Shown piece by piece: positions 34,821 through 44,837 of a DNA stretch of 64,000 nt. How positions within the stretch are numbered: position 1 is the stretch's first letter; each line of letters begins with the position of its first letter. The notes beneath the pieces are model-generated. The model saw nothing but the letters and a program-made list of their open reading frames with translations. It made no database searches and was not told where the DNA came from. The stretch spans positions 8,480-72,479 of the forward strand of contig DATGJB010000057.1 of the NCBI GenBank assembly GCA_035295425.1, given 5' to 3'. This DNA is from Chloroflexota bacterium (GTDB lineage: Bacteria; Chloroflexota; UBA5177). A program made the position numbers and the translations under genes.

Positions 34821-36677
34821 GTGATTACCTCTCCCTCCCGGACTGCTGACGTCGCGCGCTCATCACCGGATCGGGAAAGAACGCCGCACGAGGGACTCCT
34901 GCCGCTGGTGATCGGCGTCACCGGCCATCGCGACCTGCGCGCCGAGGACTGGCCGGCGCTCGAGGATCGCGTCTCCGCCATCCTCTCCGCTCTCAGCGAG
35001 CGCTACCCGCACACCCCGCTGATTCTGCTTTCCTCGCTCGCCGAGGGCGCCGACACGCTGGTCGCGCGCGCCGCGCTGGACCACGGGATGCGTCTCATCG
35101 TGCCGCTTCCCATGCGTCAGGACCTGTACGAAGCCGACTTCCAGGATGCAGCCGCTCTCGATCGCTTCCGCGAGCTCGTGGCACGTGCCGACCAGGTGCT
35201 CACGCTGCCGCTTCTGGCGAGCGAAGACGCGGTGCGAGCCGGCGGGGAGGCACGAGCCCGGCAGTATGAGCAGGTAGGCGCCTATATCGCGCTCCACAAC
35301 CAGATCCTCATCGCTCTCTGGGACGGTCGTTTCACCGGGCTGATGGGAGGAACCTCCGAGATCATTCGCTTCCGGCGCCACGGCGTGCCGCACCCCTACG
35401 CCAGCAGACGCAGCGCGCTCGACATCGCAGAGTCCGGTCCCGTTTACTGGGTGGTGACGCCACGCGTCCGGAATCCGAACCCCACCGCCGAGCCCTTTGG
35501 CGTCCAGGTGCTCTACCCACGCGACGCGCCACAGCCGATCTCAGACGATGACGAAGATGACGACAGGACGGAAAACGGATCGGCCGATCCGGACGCAGCT
35601 ACCGGCCGCTTTTACGATCGCCTTTTCCGGCACCTCGACACCTTCAATCGGGACGCGCTCCGGTTGGACTCGTCGCTTGCGGGAGAACGACAGGAGAGCC
35701 GGGGCTACCTGCTGCCCGCGGAGTGGAATGCCAATTTACCGGCCGAGCTCGAGGCGGTGGTTGCAACGCACGTGGTTGCGGACACGCTCGCCGTGTACTT
35801 CCGCCGGCGCACCCACCGGGTGCTGGTGTCGCTGCTCTCCCTGGCATTCCTTTCGGTCCTGTCGGTCGATCTCTACGCCCACGTGTCGGTCCACCTGACG
35901 CCGCTCCTGTATCTCTATCCGGCAGCGCTCGTGCTCGGCGTCGTTCTCTGGTACTTCTCGGTGAAGCGGCCCGACGTCCAGAACAAGTACCTTGACTATC
36001 GAGCCCTCGCCGAAGGGCTGCGCATCCAGTGTTACTGGCGAATTGCCGGGGTCACCGACTCCGTCGCCGAGCACTACCTGCGCCGGCAAAAGAGCGAGCT
36101 CGATTGGATCCGGAACGGGATCCGGGCAACCGATCTCACTCTTGGCAGAACACAGGAGCAGGAGGTGGCTCCCGACCCACGCCTCCCCGCTTTCGACCTG
36201 GTGCTGCGGTACTGGGTGGAAAGCCAGAGCACTTATTTCAAGCGGGCGGCGGTGCGCGAGCACAGGAAGCGCGAGCTGGTGGGGTTCCGTATCTGGGGGC
36301 TCTTCCTGCTGGGAATCGCTACGGCCATCAGCCTGTGCGCGCTGGTGGCAGCACTCACGCTCGCCGGCCTTGCCACATCCCGCTATGAGGCGGCGGAGAA
36401 CGTCCTTCTGGTCGTTTCCACCCTCTCGCTGGTCGGCGCGGCACTGTCCGAAGGCTACGCCGACAAGATGGCGTTCAGCGACCACTCTCGCCAGTACCGA
36501 CGCATGGGAGCGGTCTTCGACCGGGCGGAGCGGCATATCAGGGACGTGCTGGCGAAGGGTGAAACCCAGTCGGCGCACGATGCGATTCTGGAGCTGGGCA
36601 AGGAAGCGCTTGCCGAGAACGGCGATTGGGTGGCGCTGCACCGTGGCCGGCCGGTGGAAGCAGTGAAGGGAGCATAA
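34821..36677 (+). CDS. Uncharacterised two-module membrane protein: N-terminal DprA/LOG-like Rossmann (SLOG-superfamily) domain, acidic linker, C-terminal four-TM region (two 2-TM hairpins, SLATT-like)
   Basis: GGGGGTG SD before the ATG. N-terminal motifs VIGVTGHRDL, SSLAEGADTLVARAALDHGMRLIVPLP and ALWDGRFTGLMGGTSEII parallel the DprA motifs of the dprA gene in this window. The linker is DDDEDDD-rich. Four strongly hydrophobic helices follow (VLVSLLSLAFLSVLSV, LYLYPAALVLGVVLWYFSV, IWGLFLLGIATAISLCALVAALTLAG, VLLVVSTLSLVGAALS). That the CDS is real is likely; the functional call is inference. Confidence 0.7.
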   Translation: MITSPSRTADVARSSPDRERTPHEGLLPLVIGVTGHRDLRAEDWPALEDRVSAILSALSERYPHTPLILLSSLAEGADTLVARAALDHGMRLIVPLPMRQDLYEADFQDAAALDRFRELVARADQVLTLPLLASEDAVRAGGEARARQYEQVGAYIALHNQILIALWDGRFTGLMGGTSEIIRFRRHGVPHPYASRRSALDIAESGPVYWVVTPRVRNPNPTAEPFGVQVLYPRDAPQPISDDDEDDDRTENGSADPDAATGRFYDRLFRHLDTFNRDALRLDSSLAGERQESRGYLLPAEWNANLPAELEAVVATHVVADTLAVYFRRRTHRVLVSLLSLAFLSVLSVDLYAHVSVHLTPLLYLYPAALVLGVVLWYFSVKRPDVQNKYLDYRALAEGLRIQCYWRIAGVTDSVAEHYLRRQKSELDWIRNGIRATDLTLGRTQEQEVAPDPRLPAFDLVLRYWVESQSTYFKRAAVREHRKRELVGFRIWGLFLLGIATAISLCALVAALTLAGLATSRYEAAENVLLVVSTLSLVGAALSEGYADKMAFSDHSRQYRRMGAVFDRAERHIRDVLAKGETQSAHDAILELGKEALAENGDWVALHRGRPVEAVKGA

Positions 36678-36743
36678 CGGCGCACCATGACCGCTGACTG
36701 TGCGTCCGGGTGCAGTGGTCCAGCGGCGGTGTAGGCGCTCGTT

Positions 36744-37511
36744 ATGTCAGGAAGAGGACCGCGCACGCTGGTCAGAGCGCTGGCTGCCCTGTATCCCGAA
36801 CTCGAGGAGCCTGCCTTACTGATCGCAGCGGGGAAGGTGACGGTGGATGGTCGTGTTGTCCGCAACCCGGCCTCCATGGTTGGTCCCGGCTCGCAGCTTC
36901 ATGTGGTAGCGAGCGCGTCACTGCGCGGCGAGGCCAAACTGCGGGCCGCACTCGACACGTTCCGGATCCCGATGGCCGGACGCGTGGCGCTCGATGCCGG
37001 GGCTGCCGCCGGTGGGTTCACCCGGGTCTTGCTCGAGTACGGGGCGGCGCGGGTGTACGCGGTGGACGCGGGCCACGGACAGCTGCTGGGCAGTTTGCGG
37101 CAGGAGCCACGGGTCGTCAACCTGGAAGCCACCAATCTCGCCGATCTCACTCCCCTACTGGTACCGGATCTCATCGAGGTGGTGACGCTGGATCTTTCTT
37201 ACCTGTCACTTGCTGAAGCCGTCCCGCAGCTCGATCGGCTCCGGCTGGACGCCGCTGCCGACCTGGTCGCTCTCGTCAAGCCGATGTTCGAGCTGCATCT
37301 CGCGCAGCCGCCAGCGACATCCGATCGCGCCGCACTGCATCGAGCGCTGGCCCTCGCCGTCACGGGCATCGAACATGCCGGCTGGACGACGCTCGCGACG
37401 ATGGAATCTCCGGTACTCGGCGGCCGCGGCGCCTTTGAATTTCTGGTGCATGCCCGTCGCGGGCCGGCCCCGCCGGTCCGGGGGAATCGTGGGCGGGAGG
37501 ACCGGACCTGA
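36744..37511 (+). CDS. tlyA: TlyA-family rRNA 2'-O-methyltransferase (S4 RNA-binding domain + FtsJ-like MTase)
   Basis: N-terminal S4-like LIAAGKVTVDGRVVRNPASMV, then the MTase motif ALDAGAAAGGFTRVLLEYGAARVYAVDAG. Confidence 0.8.
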   Translation: MSGRGPRTLVRALAALYPELEEPALLIAAGKVTVDGRVVRNPASMVGPGSQLHVVASASLRGEAKLRAALDTFRIPMAGRVALDAGAAAGGFTRVLLEYGAARVYAVDAGHGQLLGSLRQEPRVVNLEATNLADLTPLLVPDLIEVVTLDLSYLSLAEAVPQLDRLRLDAAADLVALVKPMFELHLAQPPATSDRAALHRALALAVTGIEHAGWTTLATMESPVLGGRGAFEFLVHARRGPAPPVRGNRGREDRT

Positions 37512-37524
37512 CCCGCCGCGAGCT

Positions 37525-38868
37525 CTATGAGCGCGTCGTGCCCGGTGCCGCGACCGCCGCGTCATACCGCGCGTTGGCTAGACGAATGTCGCGCCACAGA
37601 GCACGGGCTGTCTCGAACGACGGCACCAGCGGATTGGCCATCAGGGCGAGCAACGCGCTGCGTTCGTCTCCGGCAAGAGCTGCCTCGATCGCCAGCTCCT
37701 CATATGCCTTCACGTGCTGCACCAGACCGCGAATGCTGAAGGGAAGGTGGCCGGCCGCCAGCGGATGCGCGCCCTGCCGGTCGATGACACCGGGCAGCTC
37801 GACCGAGACTTCCTCCGGCAGATCAGGCAGCGCGCCGCCGTTGCGGCAGTCCACGATCTGCACCTCTCCGCTGTCATTGGCGATCGCGGTGACGAGCGTG
37901 GCCGCCAGCGTGGAGTAGTGCGCGCCGCCACGCTTCGCCAGCAGCGGAGGCTTGCAACAGAGCTGGGGATCGCGATACAACTCGAATAGATGCCGCTCGA
38001 TCTCCGCTACCTCTTCGCCGCGGGTGCGCCCGCCGGCCCGCTGTTCGGCCAGTATCGCTTGCTGGTGATAGAAGTACCGGAGGTAGCCGGAAGGAATCAT
38101 GCCGAGCGCGCCGATAAGCTCCGGATCGAAACCGTATGGAGCATCACCGCCGGGGGCTCCCTCGTGCGCTGCCACCGCATCATCCACGATCCGGGCCGTT
38201 ACATCCTCGCCGTCGAGGAACACTCGCCGCACCCAGGCAAGATGGTTGAGCCCCACGTAGTCGATTCGCACTCGATCGGGCGTGGCACCCAGCGACCGCG
38301 CGAGCTCGACCTGGATACCGTACGGTGAGTTGCACAGTCCCATTACCTTCACACCGCCGTAGCGGAGCAGCGACTCGGTCACCATACCGGCCGGGTTGGT
38401 GAAATTGATCATCCAGGCATCGGGGGCCAGCTCTCGAATGTCGCCGGCAATCGCCAGCGCGACCGGGATTGTCCGCAACGCCTTGGCGAAGCCGCCCGGA
38501 CCGGTGGTTTCCTGCCCGATCACGTCGTGGGCGCGCCCCGTCTTCTCGTCGAGGATGCGCGCCGCCTGGCCGCCGACCCGGATCTGGTTCAGCACGAAGT
38601 CGGCGCCTTCGATCGCTGGGCGACGGTCGGTGGACAGCGTCACCGGATCGGCCAGCCCGGCGAACCGGAACATGCGGCGAGCGAGCGCGCCCACGACCTC
38701 GAGCCGCTCTTGATTGATGTCCACCAGCGCCAGCTCGCGCACCGGTAGCAGGGCCGCGCGGTCAATCAGCCCTTCCACCAGCTCGGGCGTATAGGTACTG
38801 CCGGCGCCGATGACGGCGATCTTGTAGATAGGGCGTTCTCCCTCATCGCGGGAAAGCTGCGCGCTCAT
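37525..38868 (-). CDS. Glycoside hydrolase family 4 (NAD+/Mn2+-dependent 6-phospho-glycosidase / alpha-glycosidase)
   Basis: N-terminal Rossmann KIAVIGAGSTYTPELV, the catalytic region MGLCNSP, and GH4 blocks throughout. ATGA-coupled to the upstream ATPase gene. Confidence 0.85.
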   Translation of the reverse strand: MSAQLSRDEGERPIYKIAVIGAGSTYTPELVEGLIDRAALLPVRELALVDINQERLEVVGALARRMFRFAGLADPVTLSTDRRPAIEGADFVLNQIRVGGQAARILDEKTGRAHDVIGQETTGPGGFAKALRTIPVALAIAGDIRELAPDAWMINFTNPAGMVTESLLRYGGVKVMGLCNSPYGIQVELARSLGATPDRVRIDYVGLNHLAWVRRVFLDGEDVTARIVDDAVAAHEGAPGGDAPYGFDPELIGALGMIPSGYLRYFYHQQAILAEQRAGGRTRGEEVAEIERHLFELYRDPQLCCKPPLLAKRGGAHYSTLAATLVTAIANDSGEVQIVDCRNGGALPDLPEEVSVELPGVIDRQGAHPLAAGHLPFSIRGLVQHVKAYEELAIEAALAGDERSALLALMANPLVPSFETARALWRDIRLANARYDAAVAAPGTTRS

Positions 38869-39899
38869 GCTCGATCTCCCAAACCGACCGCGACCTCATC
38901 CGCCGTCGCCACAATGCATGCCGCGTCATGGTCCGGGCGCAGTCGCCGCAGTGGCGGGTCGATGCGGGCGCACTCGGCCACGGCATAGGGACAGCGCCAG
39001 CGGAAGCGGCAGCCTGGCTCCGGGTCAATGACCCGCGGCGGCTCGCCGGCATCAGGCGCCGCCTGCACCTCCGCCGGCGCGTACGGGTCGGGGATGGCGG
39101 AGAGCAGCAGCTCGGTGTACGGATGCTTGGGATGCGCCAGTACATCCTCAACCGGACCACGCTCCACCACGCGTCCCGCGTACATCACCAGCAAGCGGTC
39201 GGAGATGTACCGGGCACTGGCAATGTCATGGGTGATGTAGAGGAGCGAGACGTTATCACGCTCGCGTGACTGCGCCATGAGATTGAGGACGCCGATGCGG
39301 ATGGAGACGTCCAGCATCGACACCGGCTCGTCGGCAAGGATCAGCTCGGGCCTGCTGGCCAGCGCCTGGGCAAAGCCGAAGCGCTGACGCTGGCCGCCGC
39401 TCAGCTCGTACGGATACTTACGCAGGAACTCGCGCGATGGCGTCAGGCCGACCGAATCGAGAATCCGCTCCGCCTCGGCCCGGCGGTCCTGCCGGCGCAG
39501 ATTCGGCCGGTGCAGCTTGAGCGCGCGGAAAATGCCGTGCGCGGCGGGATACACCGGATTCAGGGAGCTGTATGGGTCCTGGAAGACCATCTGCACGCGG
39601 CGCCGATACTCGAGCATCGACCGTCTTCCCCGCATCGTCGCGAGCGGGCGTCCATGGAAGCGGATATCGCCGGCAGTGGGCCGGAAGAGACCGGCCAGCA
39701 GGCGGGCAACAGTACTCTTGCCGCTCCCGCTCTCGCCGACCAGCGTCACGATCTCACGCGGCTGGATGACGAGGTCAACGTCGTCGACGGCGTGCAGCGT
39801 GCGCCGCGAGAACATGCCCCCGACCTGGAAGTGTCGGGTGAGCCCCCGGGCCTCCAGCAGCGGCGCCGGCGACGTCTCCGGCATCCGGGTTTCAGCCAT
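38865..39899 (-). CDS. ABC transporter ATP-binding protein, OppF/DppF-type
   Basis: GESGSGKST, LSGGQRQRFGFA, ILADEPVSMLD and the C-terminal Cys-rich oligopeptide-ABC extension (CRFRWRCPYAVAEC). Confidence 0.85.
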   Translation of the reverse strand: MAETRMPETSPAPLLEARGLTRHFQVGGMFSRRTLHAVDDVDLVIQPREIVTLVGESGSGKSTVARLLAGLFRPTAGDIRFHGRPLATMRGRRSMLEYRRRVQMVFQDPYSSLNPVYPAAHGIFRALKLHRPNLRRQDRRAEAERILDSVGLTPSREFLRKYPYELSGGQRQRFGFAQALASRPELILADEPVSMLDVSIRIGVLNLMAQSRERDNVSLLYITHDIASARYISDRLLVMYAGRVVERGPVEDVLAHPKHPYTELLLSAIPDPYAPAEVQAAPDAGEPPRVIDPEPGCRFRWRCPYAVAECARIDPPLRRLRPDHDAACIVATADEVAVGLGDRA

Positions 39900-40929
39900 C
39901 AGTCCCCAACCCGTCCCGGCCGGCCGGCGAGCTGAAGGCAGGCTGCTGAGAGCCGGCTACCGACGGCTCATAGAGGTAGCATCGCACGAGGTCATCGCCA
40001 CGGGGCGCGTACGGAGGCGGCACCGCCGTCTCGCAGATTGGCATCGCATGCGGACAGCGCGGCTGAAAGCGGCAGCCGGGTGGCGGGTAACGCAGGTCCG
40101 GCGGGTTACCCGGTATGCCTTGCAGCGGACGCCGCGGTCCACGCGCCGATGGGAAGGCCTGGAGCAATCCACGGCTGTACGGATGTTTCGGGTTGTGGAA
40201 GATTTCCGTTGTGCCTGCCATCTCGACAATGTCTCCGGCGTACATGATCGCGAGACGTTGCGAGAAGCGGCCGACCAGCGACATGTCGTGGGTGACGAAC
40301 ATGACGGCAAAGCCCAGCTCCCGCTGCAGGTCCTGAATCTGCACCATGAGCGAGCGTTGCGCTACCACGTCCAGCGCCGAGGTCGGCTCGTCCATGATGA
40401 TGAGCTCCGGGGTAAACACCAATGCCATGGCAATCATGGCTCGCTGCCGCATGCCGCCGCTCAACTGGTGCGGGTAGCTGCGAAGATGCGCCGGATCGAT
40501 GCCAACCAGCTGCAGTACGGCGCCACCGCGCAGTTTCGCTTCGCGGGAGCTAACCTGTTCATGGGCCAGGATCGCGTCGGTCAGCTGCTGCCCCACCGTC
40601 ATCACCGGATTGAGGGCGTTCATGGCGCTCTGCATGACAACCGAGTAGTCGCGCCAGCGCAGGCGCCTGAGCTGCTTCTCGCGGAGTAGAACCAGGTTCT
40701 TGCCGTGGAAGATCACACTCCCCTCGACGATCTCGGCCGGAGGCGAGAGCAGCTGCGCGATCGCAAAGCACAGCGTGGACTTGCCGCAGCCGGACTCGCC
40801 AACCACCCCCAGAAACTCGCCACGGCGAAGCTGCAGGCTTACCCGGTCGACGGCACGGACATTGACATCGTCGGCGGCGTATTCGACGACGAGATCCCGA
40901 ACGTCAAGAATGGTCTCGGCGCCGGCCAC
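39892..40929 (-). CDS. ABC transporter ATP-binding protein, OppD/DppD-type
   Basis: GESGCGKST, LSGGMRQRAMIA, IIMDEPTSALD, C-terminal CRFQPRCPHAMPIC. The start is taken as GTG at 40929, 5 nt after GGGGAGGAGG; the longer track ORF to 40980 would overlap the permease by 77 nt. Confidence 0.85.
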   Translation of the reverse strand: MAGAETILDVRDLVVEYAADDVNVRAVDRVSLQLRRGEFLGVVGESGCGKSTLCFAIAQLLSPPAEIVEGSVIFHGKNLVLLREKQLRRLRWRDYSVVMQSAMNALNPVMTVGQQLTDAILAHEQVSSREAKLRGGAVLQLVGIDPAHLRSYPHQLSGGMRQRAMIAMALVFTPELIIMDEPTSALDVVAQRSLMVQIQDLQRELGFAVMFVTHDMSLVGRFSQRLAIMYAGDIVEMAGTTEIFHNPKHPYSRGLLQAFPSARGPRRPLQGIPGNPPDLRYPPPGCRFQPRCPHAMPICETAVPPPYAPRGDDLVRCYLYEPSVAGSQQPAFSSPAGRDGLGTDG

Positions 40930-41845
40930 GTTTCCTCCTCCCCGACCGTAGGGCAGGGTTGCCAATCTCGTCGAAGGCATAGTTGAGCAGCGCGAACGCG
41001 GCTCCCAACAGGGCGATGCACAGGCCGGGCGCTATCGCCCAGAGTGGCGCGCCGGAGGCGAGTGCCTCGTTGTTCTCCGCGAAGTAGAGCATTGTGCCCC
41101 AGCTCATGTCCTCGGTGTTCCCCAGACCGATGAATTGCAGCCCGGCCGCGGTCAGCACGGCATAGACCGCGGCGCCCAGAAAATTGGCCACGATCAGCGA
41201 CGTCATGGTGGGCAGCAGCTCGAAGAGGATGATGTAGAGACTGCTCTCGCCCCGGACGCGGGCCGACTGCAGGAACTCGCGATTGCGCAGCGAGAGCGCC
41301 TGCGCGCGAAGCTGGCGAGCCCCGTACGACCAACCGGTGATCACGATCACCGCGATGATGATCCACACACCACTTCCCCGGTAGTAGGCGGCGATGATGA
41401 TCATGAGCGGCAACGCCGGCAGAATCAGGAAGATGTCCGTGACCAGGCCCAGCACCAGATCGGGGAGGCCGCCCACGTAGGCAGCCGAGATGCCAATCAA
41501 CACCGAGAGCACCGTGGCAAAGAGACCCGCCAGAATCGCAATCATCAGCGACTGGCGTGTGCCCCACAGAAGCTGCGAGAAGATATCCTTTCCGTCGGAG
41601 GTCGTGCCGAGCAGGTTGTGCGCCGAAGGCAGTTGCAAGGGACCAAACAGACCGGCGGTCGGATCGTACGGGGCGATCAGGGGAGCGAACACGGCGGCGG
41701 CAGTGAAGATCAGCATCAGGACCACACCCAGCGTGGCTTTCCGGTTGCCGGCCAGAACGCGCCAGAGCCGCGTCAACGCAGCGCGCCCGGTAGCAGGCTG
41801 CCGGGGCGCTACCGCCTCTTTGATCGCCGCCGGCTGGTAGACCAT
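40904..41845 (-). CDS. ABC transporter permease, OppC/DppC-type
   Basis: 6 TM helices with the EAA-like loop; N-terminal segment typical of OppC. Confidence 0.85.
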   Translation of the reverse strand: MVYQPAAIKEAVAPRQPATGRAALTRLWRVLAGNRKATLGVVLMLIFTAAAVFAPLIAPYDPTAGLFGPLQLPSAHNLLGTTSDGKDIFSQLLWGTRQSLMIAILAGLFATVLSVLIGISAAYVGGLPDLVLGLVTDIFLILPALPLMIIIAAYYRGSGVWIIIAVIVITGWSYGARQLRAQALSLRNREFLQSARVRGESSLYIILFELLPTMTSLIVANFLGAAVYAVLTAAGLQFIGLGNTEDMSWGTMLYFAENNEALASGAPLWAIAPGLCIALLGAAFALLNYAFDEIGNPALRSGRRKRGRRRDHS

Positions 41846-41847
41846 GG

Positions 41848-42861
41848 CTACGAGCTACCGCGGGTTCTCGGATCGAGCACGGCGGTTGCCACGTCGGCCA
41901 GCAGGACCGCGATCAGGACCGCCACCGTGATGATGAGGAAGATTCCCTGCATGAGCGGATAATCCTCGTTGGTCACCGCCTGGTAGAGCAGATAGCCCAG
42001 ACCCGGATAGTTGAACACGATCTCGGTCAGCAGGGCTCCGCTCAAGACGAAGCCAAGCGACATGGCAAAGCCGGTGAGGTTTGGCAGTATCGCGTTTCGG
42101 CCGGCGTAGAGCGTCATAACGCGGAACGAAGACAGCCCCTTGGCGCGAGCCATGCGGACGTAGTCCTCGGAGAGAGTGGTAATCATCGTGTTCCGCATCG
42201 TCAGGACCCACCCCCCGATCGATGTGATCAGGATCGTCAGCGCCGGCAGCGTCCCATGCTTCAACAGCTGCGAGAGGAACGACCAGGTGAGAGTGATCTG
42301 GCCGCCGGTGTCGTACGCCTGGTTGCCGGGGAACCAGCCCAACTGCAGCGCGAACACGTAGATGCACAAAATCCCGAGCCAGAAGTAGGGAAACGAGGAT
42401 GTGACGATGAACGTCACCGGCAACACACTATCCGTCAGTCCCCCACGCCTCCAGGCGGCGATCATTCCAACCAGGGTGCCGAGGATGAAAGAGATCACGG
42501 TCGTCAGGCCGATCAAGCCGAGCGTCCACGGCAGCGCCTGGCCGATAATCTGGCTTACCGGATTCGGGAAAAAGGTGAGCGAGTTACCCAGATTTCCGGT
42601 CGCGATATTGCGCAGGTAATCCCAGTATTGGGCCACCAAGGACTCGCGGGTGTTCACGCCGAAGGCCACCTCGAGGGCGTGCATCGCCTGGGGATTGAGG
42701 TGCCCGTGGAAGCTCGAGATCATGGCCTCGGCCGGGTTCCCCGGCATCATCCGTGGCAGGAAGAAGTTGATCGTCAACGCGGCCCAGAGCGTAACGACGA
42801 AGAAGCCGAGCCTGCGCACGATGTAGGCCAAGCGCTCTCCTTTCCGAGCGACGAGCCGCAA
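41848..42861 (-). CDS. ABC transporter permease, OppB/DppB-type
   Basis: MRLVARKGERLAYIVRRLGFFVVTLWAALTINFFLPRMMPGNP is a classic OppB N-terminus; 6 TM helices. Confidence 0.85.
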   Translation of the reverse strand: MRLVARKGERLAYIVRRLGFFVVTLWAALTINFFLPRMMPGNPAEAMISSFHGHLNPQAMHALEVAFGVNTRESLVAQYWDYLRNIATGNLGNSLTFFPNPVSQIIGQALPWTLGLIGLTTVISFILGTLVGMIAAWRRGGLTDSVLPVTFIVTSSFPYFWLGILCIYVFALQLGWFPGNQAYDTGGQITLTWSFLSQLLKHGTLPALTILITSIGGWVLTMRNTMITTLSEDYVRMARAKGLSSFRVMTLYAGRNAILPNLTGFAMSLGFVLSGALLTEIVFNYPGLGYLLYQAVTNEDYPLMQGIFLIITVAVLIAVLLADVATAVLDPRTRGSS

Positions 42862-42931
42862 GTGTCGCGGTCGGGTAGTCTGTCGCTACGCGACCGCGCC
42901 CGTCTCAGGGCTCTGTACTCACGCCATGCAG

Positions 42932-44620
42932 CTACTTGAGGTGCACGTTGAGGAGCAACACCTCCCAATCGGGAAACGCGTAGGGTGCCGGATTGACATA
43001 GGGATTTTGCGGCGTTGGCCACCCCACGAACTTCCTGGTGCTGTACTGGAACCAGGATACTTCCTCCGTCACCGGAATGACCGGCACGTCTTCCAGCATG
43101 ATCCGCTCGAGCTGATTGACGATGCTGTGCTGCACGCTGCTCGACGTGGTGGACGAGAACTGGTTGAGAAGCTGATCGGTCCTGGCATCCTGCCAGCGGG
43201 AGAAGTTGCTGGAGGCAGTCTGGCCGATCGGTGCGGTGTTGCAGCTGCAGAGTACGGCACGCAGATCGTAGTACGGGTTCGGCGCCGCCAGGCTGTTGTT
43301 CGAGGCGTTGTAGCCGAGCTGGAAGTGACCTGCGAAGAGGCGGTTGTTGAAGTCGGTCGAGGAGAGGTTCTCGATGTGGAGGTTGATTCCCACCTGCTTG
43401 AATTCGTCGTGGATGACACCGAGGGCGGCTACCCAGTCCGTATTGCCACCGATGTTGATCACCGACAGCGAGAGGCTACCCTTGACACCGCCCTTCTTCA
43501 AAAGCGCCTTCGCCTTGGCTGGGTTGAAGCCGTAGTTGTAGGAATTCGCCGCGGCGGCATCGTACCAGCTATTGAAGTTGGGCCGGACTATGTCGGTCTG
43601 GCTGGCCGGCGGCTCGTAGCCGTACTCGCCGATCAGCGAGACCCGGTTCCGGTCGATCGCGTACGCCAGCGCCTGCCGCACGTACTTGTTGTTCAGTGGC
43701 TTGACCGTCGTGTTGATGAAGAGATCGACGTTTCCGACCGGCGGGAACCAGTAGTGGAAGTGCGCGGGATCCTTGGAGATGTAGGCCGCCTTGATACTCG
43801 GGATGAACTGACCGCCCCAATCGGCCAGGCCCTGCGCCAGGTAGGTGTTTGCCGGGGGATTGGAGGTAAACGCCGGGTAGAGAACCCTGTCGACGTACGG
43901 CTTGCCTCTCTGCCAGTAGTGCGGATTCTTTACATAGATGATCGTCTGCGGGGAGGACGACGGAGAAACCACGAACGGACCGGTTCCCACCGGATGCTTG
44001 TCGATGTACGTGACGGGATTCTTGACCTTGCCCCAGACGTGCTGGGCAACGATGGCGTCCAGATCCGCGATGTAGAAGAAGTACGGGACTGCCTGCTGCT
44101 TGAAGGTGAAAACAACGGTGTTGCCCCGAGCCTGGACCGATTTGAGCACGGTCCAGACCGCGTTCAGATCGAGCGCGGAGTAGCGATGCATGAGGTTAAA
44201 CGTGAACGCCACATCGGCCGGCGTGAATGGCTTACCATCCGTCCACGTGACGCCCCTACGGATGGTGAAGGTGAGCGTCTTGTTCCCGTTCGACCAGCTA
44301 TATCCGGTTGCCAGCCACGGTGTCTGCTTGCTGCTGAGAACGTTGATATAGATGAGGGGCTCGTACACGATGCCGATCGACGTCGAGTTGACGGCGCCGT
44401 TGAACGGGCTGTAGTTTCCGGTCCAGAGCGCTCCTGACTCGTTGTCGATAGTCAGGGTACCGCCCATTGTGACTCTGGCGCTTTTACCCAGGCTTGAGGC
44501 GTGCGCTCGCAGGCTCGTGCCCGGGAAAGCGGCAGCGCTCGCCAGAACCAGGACCAGGGTGATCGACGAGATGAACGTGAGTCTCCGGTGGAACCCGACG
44601 CGCGCAATAAGGCTTGCCAC
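42932..44620 (-). CDS. ABC transporter substrate-binding protein, family 5 (peptide / nickel / oligosaccharide)
   Basis: Signal/lipobox-like N-terminus, 562 aa, and SBP_bac_5-like blocks (GGTLTIDNESG...YSWSNGNKTLTFTIRRGVTWTDGKPFTPADVAFTF). Confidence 0.85.
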   Translation of the reverse strand: MASLIARVGFHRRLTFISSITLVLVLASAAAFPGTSLRAHASSLGKSARVTMGGTLTIDNESGALWTGNYSPFNGAVNSTSIGIVYEPLIYINVLSSKQTPWLATGYSWSNGNKTLTFTIRRGVTWTDGKPFTPADVAFTFNLMHRYSALDLNAVWTVLKSVQARGNTVVFTFKQQAVPYFFYIADLDAIVAQHVWGKVKNPVTYIDKHPVGTGPFVVSPSSSPQTIIYVKNPHYWQRGKPYVDRVLYPAFTSNPPANTYLAQGLADWGGQFIPSIKAAYISKDPAHFHYWFPPVGNVDLFINTTVKPLNNKYVRQALAYAIDRNRVSLIGEYGYEPPASQTDIVRPNFNSWYDAAAANSYNYGFNPAKAKALLKKGGVKGSLSLSVINIGGNTDWVAALGVIHDEFKQVGINLHIENLSSTDFNNRLFAGHFQLGYNASNNSLAAPNPYYDLRAVLCSCNTAPIGQTASSNFSRWQDARTDQLLNQFSSTTSSSVQHSIVNQLERIMLEDVPVIPVTEEVSWFQYSTRKFVGWPTPQNPYVNPAPYAFPDWEVLLLNVHLK

Positions 44621-44837
44621 TCCATCCTCCTTGGACTACTCGTACCGGTAGCCCACCACACGTGGTCAAAGGGACGCAAACGTGCCGCGGACATGCGACG
44701 TGCCCTCGTATCTCCTCCTTTCGCGAGAGTCCCTCGTCGTGCATTCTAATCACTGCATGAGGCTCCGTGCCGCTGCCGCCACGTGTACCATGGGGCGCCA
44801 ATGACGGCCGGCCGGATGACATGATGGAGCAGCTCCC

